A DNA stretch of 64,000 bases from Botryllus schlosseri (Eukaryota), in NCBI GenBank assembly GCA_051294905.1, contig CM119381.1, forward strand, positions 19,220,001-19,284,000, given 5' to 3'. The notes under the pieces were generated by a model. That model saw only the letters and a program-made list of their open reading frames with translations, was not told where the DNA came from and did not search any database. Below are positions 12,036-23,800 of this stretch, in pieces (the stretch's first letter is position 1; each line of letters opens with the position of its first letter). The translations under genes were made by a program, and so were the position numbers.

Positions 12036-12083
12036 TTCACTAGCAGAGTCACTCAACTAATTGAGTGACTTTTTGTTCACTAG
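12036..12083. repeat. 32-bp hairpin insert flanked by an 8-bp direct repeat (hAT-like mini-element)
   Basis: TTCACTAG [CAGAGTCACTCAA-CTAA-TTGAGTGACTTTTTG] TTCACTAG. Confidence 0.7.
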
Positions 12084-14750
12084 GAGCGGAATCAGCTGTC
12101 CCAATTTTCCTACCACTACAAAATATACAGCTGTGTCCTAACGGGAAAAATGAAGAATAGTGGATTAGATTGAGCGCATTGCTACCCCAATTGTATATGC
12201 TTATTTATCAGTAATCACTAATCAGCTTTCAAAATCCAGAGATGGGTGGCGGAACACTTCCAAATTGGGTCGCAACCATAACTATGGTTGGGAACCACTC
12301 ATATAGGGAAACTGAAGACGCGGTAAATCGAATCCATAGGCCTATCTGTGCCGAGATAGCGTAGTCACAACGGTCCACAGCTGCAGTACCTACGGGTGGA
12401 GCTGGAGAGTTCGAGTCCGACCAATGTGGTGGCTTGCAAAAAGGCTAGCCCTAGAACGAAAGTAGGATATGCTAAAAGTCGAATGGTGGAATTTCGGTGT
12501 GGTAATGACCAATGTAGTTGAACACCATAAATAGTAAAACAAGAAACAGTCCATGTTTTGAAAGTGAACTGAAGTGCAAATAATAACTTGATGATTCAAT
12601 TTTAATAGCCTAAACGAGAACGTGATTGCTAATCATTGCGACACAGTATATGCAGACATAAGATGTCGACTTCCAATGATAATGCTAACATGATAGTGAG
12701 CTGTTCCAAGATATATATATTGGGATTTTGTGAGAAACGAACCAGTACGCTTGTTGGCAGCACCAGCTGATTGCACAAAGAATGCGCGTTTGGCTCTCGA
12801 GGGGTATCTCCCTCCAATCTTCACTCTCCGATTTACTTTCAGTAATAATACACCACGGAAATAAAAGATCGAAAGCCGTGTGGACATTTTCTGGAAAGTG
12901 GCTACTATTCAACTATGTAACTGTCTGTAGTATTTCTAATTTTTATTAATAAAATCAGGGTCTGTAAGGAGCACGCTCGAGACTCGGCGCGGACGCGGCG
13001 GTATACAAGCTCCAGAAGTTGGGCTCATAAGTTTATTACGTAGTGTTAATGTACATCAATTTGCAACGAGTACAAACATCTCTCAAATCCATATAATAAT
13101 TAATTTGGCAAATGCAAATAATATTATACACATTTATGAGTCAATATGGGTTGCGCCGGATATTGGTTCATGGCATCGCGGCCTCTTTATGTATAGGCCT
13201 ACTTACTTTCGAGTGAGATACACGGCAAGATTTAATTAACTCATAGCATCGTTGATCTCGAGGGAATCGTTGCGGTTGCACGTGAATATCAAGAGAGCGA
13301 GTTGGGTTGATACGGATATAGATAAATGGTATAGATAGAATATCAAAGCGATTTTTTATTAATTTGGCGTAAGTTCATAGCGCGAGCAAACACCGGAGAT
13401 GCGGTGCAGCATATAATATTTACTGATGGCATTTAGAGATAGCCATTGAACAGTCATTATCAAAGGGGTCAAGGGAACGAATATATACTATATTATATAC
13501 TATATTGACTTTCACATCCAGGTTTAAAACCGATAGTTTTATCTTGAGAAGTTTCATTGTCAGTTTTGCGATGCAAGCATTGATAGCGAGACAAACAATT
13601 ATAGATTACATAGAATACCAATCTTTCATTAAACATTTGTTCTTGAGCGTGAAACCTATATATGAATGATCATGCAATATAACGTTTTAGCGTCTTTATC
13701 AACAAAAGAAAGTCGCGACACCTTCTTATACTAGCCGACATACTATAGCTCCAAAATTTTCCTGGTGAAGCTTAGCATGACCTGCCCCGAGCAGGGAAGC
13801 TGCCCCCACAACAGACTACACAACATTGCATCAATACAGAATATACATCATTCAAAAGTTTACTGATGAGTTAACCCGATATATTAGTAATTATTAATAA
13901 TATATATTTCCAATTCCCGTCTCGACATTTGAAGTCCTAGTCCTAATCCAGATCCAACTACACAAAAATGGCAAATTCAAATTCCATGCGAATACGGTCA
14001 AAATTTGCCGACCTATTTTCAAACGGCTCATTCCCGTTTGCCGATGTGTAAAGATTCATTTCACTTTCGAATTTATTGACAGCGCATGTGCGATGTATAA
14101 ATATATATATATATATAAATATACAGCATGTATAATTTACATCAGTTCTTGCAGCCAATAAAGCTTTTTTCAAAATACTTCTGACCCCATGCACTTTTAT
14201 CAGATTCTTCATAATAATTGATTGATATATAGCATGGGCTTCGCTAACCTTCGCCCCTTTCTCTGGGTATCTTCGGCTCTTGCGAATTTATGTATTTTTA
14301 ACATGTGTATTGTATTTATTTTTCTCACATTCGACGCGATACTTTCGTGAACTGCACCAGATGACTTTTCTTAACTATGGAATACTTTCATCATTGCGTT
14401 TATATAACCAATTCTATTCTCGATACCGATCCATCGTTGCGTTTCTCACATTTTTCTGTTTACTTCTGATGATTACGTTACAGTGGCCATTTTCATTTCG
14501 AATTTGTATGCACTCACTTAGTCACTGACGATCGATTCGAAACGCTTCGAGTGAAATAACTTAGGGCTCAAGCGGAGGTCACACGTACAATATTCGAACG
14601 CGGCACCAATCTGGCATTAGTTTCATACTTTACTCCGCTCCTCCTATCTATAGTTTGCGTAAGTTCGCGCGCGCGCAGTGCGCGTGAGGAACGCTTTTTA
14701 GGCGATACAATCCTTGCCGCAACCTCGTTTTCAATGACCAAAAATATCTG

Positions 14751-14758
14751 TGACGTCA
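14751..14758. promoter_or_regulatory. Perfect CRE octamer TGACGTCA upstream of polycystin paralog A
   Basis: Exact match ending 73 bp before ATG 14831; function not demonstrated. Confidence 0.35.
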
Positions 14759-14830
14759 CAATGACACAAACTCCTCCGCTTTCAAATACCAAACTGATTG
14801 AACACGGTGCGAGTCTGGTACAGTTTTATC

Positions 14831-17800
14831 ATGCGGATAAGGTACCTGTTGCTATGCTCCGTTTATACCGGAGGAGTATTACTTCTCATTTTTGCAAGCT
14901 CCACAAGTGCAAGTGAGTTGTTTACCCGGCAAAATAGTGTAGCATATTCACTAAATGAAATATACGGTACACACTATTGTGATTTATGGGTTTATTGATC
15001 TTATTGCATTTTAGTGCAGTCATTCGTTTCCTACGACTGGGATTCGATAATGAACCCAGGAAAAAACTCCTTATTCATTTCGGTGGATGACGGGGCTCCT
15101 TGCGTAGCTCACTGCAATGTCCGCGATGATAGTCTGGCTGCGGTTGCGGTTACTTCATTTCAACAGCACATAAACGAGTCTCGGAAGATTTACGAGAAGT
15201 TGATAGACTTTCGTGCCGCCGGGAGATACGTTGTGAAATGCAATTTTATACCTCAAGGTAACGTTGACAAATATTCAAATATCGACAGATGATAAATGTT
15301 TTATATATGAACGCATTTCTAGTGTATTCCATAAGAGAAATATAAGAATACAGAGCGTGTTAATTATTCTTTGAATACGGGCAGATACATCGGTTGGAGC
15401 TTCAGAAATAGAGCTAAAGTTATTTATCAGCGAATCGGTGCATCCTGTTATTGGACAGACAGACAGCCCAAGGAAGATCGAAGAGGCGTTAAATGTTGAC
15501 ATCAGCTTCGGGTCATGGACAGACATAAGGCTAGTTACTGCGTGGATATATTTTGAGCCAAGTTCGTCGGAAAACGAATATGTTTTGGGGAAACCAGAAT
15601 ATATCGAACGGAAGGACAGTTCCAGCAATTTGTATGTGGGGCATGAATACAGCAAACCTGGTATATGGAAAATTCGAGCTGACATAGTTGTCAATCTTCG
15701 AAATGCATTGAAATACGTTCAGTTGCTATTGACTGCGGTGATCGCAGACGACATAGAATACGTTCGACTCGACACAAAATGCATCTCCCTGTGCAATGGA
15801 CAGAGATCGTACAGTATTTCGAAAAAAGATTATGAAGACGTGACAATGATGTTTCCTTACCAGGCAAGAATTGAGGCCAGTGTGTCGTCTAAAAGTATCA
15901 TAACAGAATGGGAGTGGTTTTGGGGGAGTGCCTCGTTCTCGCGACGGCACCCAGTGGAGATACGTATCGCTAATTACATGCCGATGTCCGTTACGGTTCG
16001 CAACGCGTTTTCTCAAATGACTTTTTCATTTGAATTGGAGTACAAGATTGTCATAGAAGACTCGGTTATCGCCTTTAATGATAGTACCGACGAAAAGGGA
16101 CCGGTGAACATCGCAGTTATTTTCACCAGTCCCCAAGATGCATATAGAATCACGAATGCGAAGCCGGTGGAGGTGGCCGTGCAAATAAAAAGCAGTAAAT
16201 CCTGGCCTATTCCTAAGGCGACTGCTGTCCCTCCAGCACAACAAAAGTGCTATGAAAATTCGACCGCATCCTTCAGTAGCTTTCTGGATTCATGGGATGG
16301 TTTATCAGGAGGAAATTACCGACAAGATATATTTACTTACTGCGTCAGAAATCTGCAATATTTTCCCGAATATCACGGGCCTTATGATGTGCTATCAATA
16401 GCACAAAATCGGGTTAGAGCAACAGCGAACTGCAAAAGGAGAGAGTTATGCATTTGACTGATCATGATGTGTTTTAGGTTTACAAACGCGAAGCCGAGTA
16501 TTCATTCTGCGTACGTAGATCACCAACTCTCTGTGCAAAGTCGTTCGAGGCAAAAATCAGACATGGCGGTCTCGGAACGACCACGACCGCTTATCAAAAC
16601 ATTGTATTATTTGGAGAATATTTAGCAGGGCATTGCGATTCAGCATACGACCACGAGCTCTTTTATAATTGGACACTAACGCAAAAAGGTGGATACATGC
16701 TACTGCACCAAGCCATCGAAAGTAGAAAATAACATTGAATTAATTTCAGACACAAGTACGCTGCTTTTGGTGGGATACGAAAACGAATTTTTCATCTCAG
16801 GGAAGTACTTGACTGTCAGCGAGTTCATTGTTACTCTGCAATTATCTAAAAGAGGATTATGTGGCGAACATGACGGGACTGCTTACGATACAAGGGAAAT
16901 AAAGACATATCAAGATATTGAACATGCGGTGACGATAAGTGGCGGTCAGGAATTAATTTTGTATGTGGATAATGCAACAAAATTACTGTTTGAAGTGGAA
17001 AATGCAGCAGCATACCACGCCGTCCAATATAAATGGTACTGCTGTAAAATGGAACAGGAGAAACAATTTGAAGCTAGCTATTACTCGGGAGATCTTGATA
17101 ATACAGGTAATCAGATAGAACCCAGAATGATTCCATTTTAAGCCAAATCTTTACCTTCTTGGATATGCTAAGGGGGCTGTCTCGGAAGTGGATTCCATCT
17201 TTCCGACGGAGTACGAAATATTTCTAGAACTGGATCCAGAATTTCAATTGATGCTGGAATGTTTCGAGATATTCCAGGAAAATTCAAAATTCGTGTATCG
17301 TTACGAAGTAAGAGCGTCTACGACGATCAGTATATTGAGCTTCGTGAATCAACTTCAGACCTCACAGACATCCTTGGTCAGATGCGTCAGTCGTAACACC
17401 AATTGTTTAATCCAGCATGGCATGTTTCTATTACAGGTTCTTATAACGGCTCAATATATCATCCTCGTTTGAGTATAGAATGCATTTTCAATTGCGAAAA
17501 GTATTTGGACACCTCGTCGACGCTAACTCTTAAAGGCCGATGCGACTTATGTGCAACTGATTCATCAGATCTTGAAACAATATATCAATGGAGTTTGCAT
17601 GGACCAGCTCACTCCAATCTATACTCATTGATCACGGACAGTTGGAGAGAATATTCTTTCACTAAACTAGACGAATTTCCCCAAGAAATAAGACTACGCT
17701 CGGCTGCATTCACTCGGACAGGAGCATATAAAATTCAGCTGACAATAGCAATCAGAAACGAGTCAACCTTTTCGCAATATCAACCTATCGGTTCCGCGTA

Positions 17801-20800
17801 CTATTACGTCATAGTGGCGCCGGACGTCTCGTCGACATTTTGTTATATACGTCCGTCATCTGGATATGCTGCAGCTACTAATTTTACATTGGGATGCTCA
17901 TCAAGTTTCAGTAAAGGGAGTAATGTTTATGAATTTCGCTATTCTGACTGTCTTTTGTGTGAGAATGAAGATTCGTATGAACTATTTTACAGAGGATATT
18001 CCGCGGATGTCTCAGGTAAGGAGATGGATTACAGTGACTCTTTCCGTGAGATTTATGATTTCGATGTTTTCCGCAGGAATATTGCTACCAAAAGGTGAAC
18101 GAAGATTCGGATACAGATTGATTATAAAAATAACAAAAACAAACATTGCTGATGGAAAATCTAGTAGCTCATATATATTCGTCCGAGTAAAGTCACCAAC
18201 CGTACAAAATGCCTTTGAAATTTTAAAAACATCATTGCAGGAAGGTTAGTTGCCTATGTGGGTGTACGAATGTACGATTAAGCTGTTCCTCTGGTCATTG
18301 CTCATTATTGTGACATTATGACGCTCTTCATTGAAATTCATCTGTATAGATAGAATATATTGTTCTTTTGTTCTTTGTTAATGCCCATCGCTCATCGCTG
18401 CTTACATAACACCATGTAACAAAAATTTAGTTGAGCCGATTTTTTGAGATTTCCCATACCCTATTCCTTCGTAAAACATGTTTCTGGCATTTACTTGCCT
18501 CAGGTGTCGTTTAAAAATGTCATTTTAAGCTTTATAAACTTCCCGTGTCATGTTTTTCAAGCTCCTTTATTGAATTTCGACGTCACATTGATCCATCATC
18601 CAATTCATAATAGTTGGTTGTTATAGTAGCAATCATCTTCTCAGTCTCAGTAAGTCAGTATTGGTTATAGGCTACAGCAAGCAATCGCAAATTTCTTTTC
18701 GTTTTGTTCTGTTATTGCACTGATTGTGGATCTAGTGAGTATAACCTCACCATTAATGTCAACACACAAATGTAATCTGCCTGCTGGCTGATTTTGATAT
18801 CTATGTGGACTGTATATCAGTTTGAAACAAGTTAAGTACAAAATATAGATAGAAGTAAGGTTTTTTATACTTATTAACTTTACTTTGGCCTGAAGATTGG
18901 AGATAAAGATGAAAACTGGGCATTTCATGTAATCTGCGAAACAGGCGGATGCAATATAAATGGCTGGCTAAGGGGAAATCAGCATTCAATGTCATTTGCT
19001 ATTAAAAGAATCTGAAGGGAAATTAGAAACCTGACAGATGACATTACAAGGTTCAGAATAACTAAAAAATGACTTGACATTTGATATCCTTCTATGCCAT
19101 CTTCTCTTAAGCACCTGCTCCTTATTGCAGTAAGTTTTCACTGCCCAAACTATCATCATCATCATCATCATCATTGGTTTATTAGCAATTTTATCAGTTC
19201 AATACACCACAAAATGCGATACAATGAAAAGACAGGAAGATGTCGAAGCGACAAGGAGTAGTCTATGGAATCTGACACCCACCTTGGCCTAGGCGATGTA
19301 AAGAGGAGGCATGCACACTGAATGAAAGTAAAGAAGATAGTATGGAAAAAGATGGTTCGTGGTACAGAACTTGAATATAGCTTTCAATACAACATCCATT
19401 GTAGCAGTATATTTATTAAACTCGAAGACTTTTCGGGTGCCTCTTTTCAAGAGTTATCGGCACACTAAAGGGATTTAAACAGATTTAAAAGCAAAACCAA
19501 AAAGGCAAAGTATGACGCAACAATCAAAATCACAGACCATGAAATTCGCATTGTATCAATGGCAACAATAACAAACTACGAAGAAAGATTTCCTCTATAA
19601 CCTACAAATTTCTCATTAGTGCGTGTTGTTCCGTGCGTGTAACTGTTTATTTACAAATTGTGCTGCTACTATAGTACCGTATGTCCGTATACTTCGTAGT
19701 TTGTTATTGTTGCCATTGATACAATGCGAATTTCATGGTCTGTGATTTTGATTGTTGCGTCATACTTTGCCTTTTTGGTTTTGCTTTTAAATCTGTTTAA
19801 ATCCCTTTAGTGTGCCGATAACTCTTGAAAAGAGGCACCCGAAAAGTCTTCGAGTTTAATAAATATACTGCTACAATGGATGTTGTATTGAAAGCTATAT
19901 AGAAAAAGAATGCGACAAGAAATAGGGCGGCATGTCATGGGAAGCGAGATCGATAGGTCAGTCGTGGTCCGGTAATCTTGAGGATGGACTGTATTTATTT
20001 AGTAGTAATTGCTTGTATTTCCACTTGAATGTGGACATGCTCGTCGACTGTCGGATGGCAGGCGGGATACTGTTCCACACATCAGACCTTAGGCATTAGA
20101 CCTCAGACATTAGACCAAAAAGCTCCAGAAGACTCGACAGCAGGGCTTAGAGTTAAGAAAATGACTCCGATTACGACTTCAACATCTCCCATGTAGATAT
20201 AAATCCAAAACCACACATTCTGAACCAACACGAACTTTGTGATTTAGTCGGGACTCACTAAATCAAATGAGTAAATTCTGACTCTAAGGTTGAAACTAGG
20301 GAACGATGCCCTTCGTCGAGAAAAGGACATGAACGATTTTTACGGTATTTTTCTGTGGCAGGTTCTCCTTGCATATGCGGGAATGTTGGCAATCTTGTAA
20401 ATCACTTGAAAATAAGATGACTGCGAGAGAAGCAGGAGCATTCAAGGCATTTCGAGATGTAGTTGAAAACTTTCTTGTAAATAAACGAAGCAATGAATAT
20501 AAACCTCTGGTAAACAATATGATCGAGATCTATGAAAAAATGAAGTGGGGCATGTCCTTAAAAACGCATTACCTGCACTTTCACCTTGATTTTATTAGTT
20601 CAAATATGGTTGATGTAAGCGTGGAACATATAGTGACGTGTTTCAGCCGGATATGCGTGTTCTGGAAAGACGATACTAAAAGTGGTGGAATTGCGTATTT
20701 GCGGTCAATAATTCCATCAGATTTCTCAGTCTATAGACCCAAATCATGCAAACAAATCCACTTCGGAAATTTTTTGAAGTGTTTCCATCCTTTTATGGTA

Positions 20801-23800
20801 GCCACTATTTGTGCATATTCCTTCGTTTTGTTAGTGCCTTTGACTGTTTGTACGCCCAATGAGGAATTATGCGCATTATTACAGGGCAATTTCGAGTAAA
20901 ACGAGAAATCACAAAAAGTGACATTTCCCAAAGACTAGGGACACGTCAGAAGAAATTTTTGTATTTTAGTGATTGGTTTGGAATAGCGAAACACAATACA
21001 TAAAAAATTTTAGCCAACTAAAACTTTTGGAAAATTTTGTTACATGGAGTTAATGCTTATATTTTGTATTTTAGTGATTGGTTTGGAATAGCAAAACACA
21101 ATTCATAAAAAATTTTAGCCAACTAAAACTTTTGCAAAATTTTGTTACATGGTGTTAATGCTTATACTTGATTGTTAACACATGAAACATTTTGGATTTA
21201 AACGTAGTTATAATCGATTAGATATCTTACATTCAATATACTAAAGGCCGTTTATTGCAAGGGTCGACAGTTACGCAGGGTATGATGCAGAAGGACGCCG
21301 TCAAGTCTGTCGCATTTGTCTCGTCATTACTCTCCGTGGCGGAAATCGTAAAAGGTTGTATCCTGAAATTTATTGCGCACCTTTGGTAATTTGAAAATCA
21401 GCATTTTTCTTGACAGATGAAGAAGTACGTCTCGAAATGGCCAACAGAGTATTGGAAGACTTGCAGAGGGTGAATCCGTCATCACTGGACACTATGAAGC
21501 ATTACACGTCAATGCTGAAAAAGCTTGCAATTTTTATCTCGGGACATAATAGTTCAAAATACGACGGTGTTGTAAAAGTCGCCGAAACAGTTTCAATCCT
21601 GGCCGAACAAATCAGCTACCTACTACAAACGAGTGAAGAATTGACGCAAGCACCATTCATGAATATGTTTGGAGTCATCGGCATTTGTATGAGGGATGCG
21701 AGAAATATGTCTAGCTCGAAGCTGAAGACTACGGTCAAATTATCCAAAGACCTGGCAAAACTAATTGTAGTAAACAAGAAACCCTTGGGTGAATATCCTA
21801 CAGTTCTGCAAAATGATAATCTTCTTGTTTCTATATCAAACTCGAGGTTTCAGAACTACCCTTCAAGAGTTAATTTACTGCAGACCGGTTTCGCAATGAC
21901 TGGTTTGCTTCAGCAAAATGTACCTCGCATAATACAAGCCGGCTTGGCGAAGTTTTCTTTCAACCCGATGGCTCAACAGGCAACAGACAATACACCAGTA
22001 GTTGGATTGGTGCTAGCTGCACAAAATGCAACTGGCGATACATATAGGCCAGCTAAGCAACGAGGAAGATCCACGCCACAGTTTATTGAAACGAGCTCTG
22101 TATTGCGCGGCACAATTCTCCATCTTCTTCTTCCAACACCAACATTGGAAAGGTCGATCGAAAAGACTATCCGTCTTCCTCAGCCTTGCTTGACATCAAA
22201 CGCCAGCACAGCGTCAACACTATCGCGCTCATCGACCGAACCCTGTGGATATGCACTGATCACCCTTTCATTCGATGGTTTTACAAACTCGGAAGGTAAA
22301 CATGACAGTGATTTTGCAATTAATATGTTGGATTACCCCTGTTTTGACATTTCAGAAGAGTCGAATCGTCTAACTGCAAGTGAAAGTTACGCTAACTTCC
22401 GACCCAGCAGGCCGTGTCGCATACCAACATCGCCTTGTATTGAGGTGCTAATGTTGCGCAGAATAGATGATCCCGCAACAATCCATAAAACCTTGGATAT
22501 TGAAGTGGAGGATTGCTCACCATTAGAAACTAATGATTGTGTACGGACATATGCTGTCTTAGAAACTGCCGTTCTACCAGCACATACTCGTGACACTCAA
22601 CTGCCTGATGAGTTTACACCCGATCCTTGGAGTGTATATTTGAACGACGAAGTGATCAACACGATCAATTCGGACGGTGTCACTTTAGTCGTTGTTATCA
22701 AACACTTACAGCGGGATATATATTCGCTGACTGAAGACTCACTGGATTCACATTTGAACGTAAGTGAATATCATATTTGCTACACGTATAGTAGCGTCTC
22801 GATGGATAAACATGTTGGATGGATTGGATGGTGGTGGTGGATGATGGGCCTAGATTCACGACAGGTTGTGATTAATGATGACCCTCATATCAAGTCCAGA
22901 TGTCTGGATATAAAAGGCTTATTTGCTGATATACACACCGCAAATATTACTCATCTCGCCACAAGCACGATTTTGAGAATACACGATCCTTGCTATACAT
23001 TTCAGATCACCGTAGACGTCTTTAGTGCTTCATGCCTGGTATGGAATGGGACTTTGGGGTGGCATGACCATTTTTGTGAGAGAGGTCGTCCGACAATTGG
23101 AGGAAGCATACATTGCGAGTGCAACGTAGATCAACTCAATTTTGATTCCCCAGATCAAGAGCCGGTAAGTGTAAGTTGGAGTGTAGTGCGGACGTACTAC
23201 GCCGGACACGTATGGAATTTATCCAAAGAAAGAACTGCAGACGGCTTCCATAATGGAGTCCAGTGCTTACGTGTTCGTTGGGAATCGCGTGTCTTTTCAG
23301 AACATTCTCATGGAAAAGTGCAGAATAGTGGTAGTGATAGTAGATATGATGTCAGATTTATGTTTAGTCTGAATAGCGAGTTGTTGGTTCAAAAGCACCT
23401 AAGCAAGTTGAATGTGATAGCCTGATCTGATGGTGCTGTATAGGTTTCTCAGATGAGCCTGAATTTGGGCGCCAAAAGTTGGGCCGATTTATAGATTGTA
23501 CGCCGTGCCCGAATTGTATTTGAGAGCAGATTTGGGAATGTTCCTAGCATTGAGAATATCAGGCATGAGGTAATACCAAATTATAGACTTGGATGTAAAA
23601 GTCAGGTGCAATGCATGATGTTAAAATGAGAATATGAAATCTACCCACAAAAGCTTATTGCGATGGGGGAGCTAAAAGTATTTGGAGAGTATTTACGATC
23701 TTGTGCGACTGATAAAATGAATAACTGTGCCATAGATCATAATCATAACCATAAATGCCCGCAAGTGAGGTTAGCAAAAATCCACGACCACATTGTTGCA

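Noticed and set aside
12044-12083. Helitron 3' end (hairpin followed by CTAG)
   Set aside because: CTAG is followed by G rather than T and is part of an 8-bp direct repeat present on both sides; a TSD explains it better.
18992-19174. ORF starting with poly-Met
   Set aside because: Translation of an (ATC)n microsatellite in an intron.
21410-23425. 671-aa ORF as a stand-alone gene or single exon
   Set aside because: It is an internal part of paralog A that reads through intronic sequence (donors at 22760 and 23165); the spliced frame continues at 24387 and matches paralog B.
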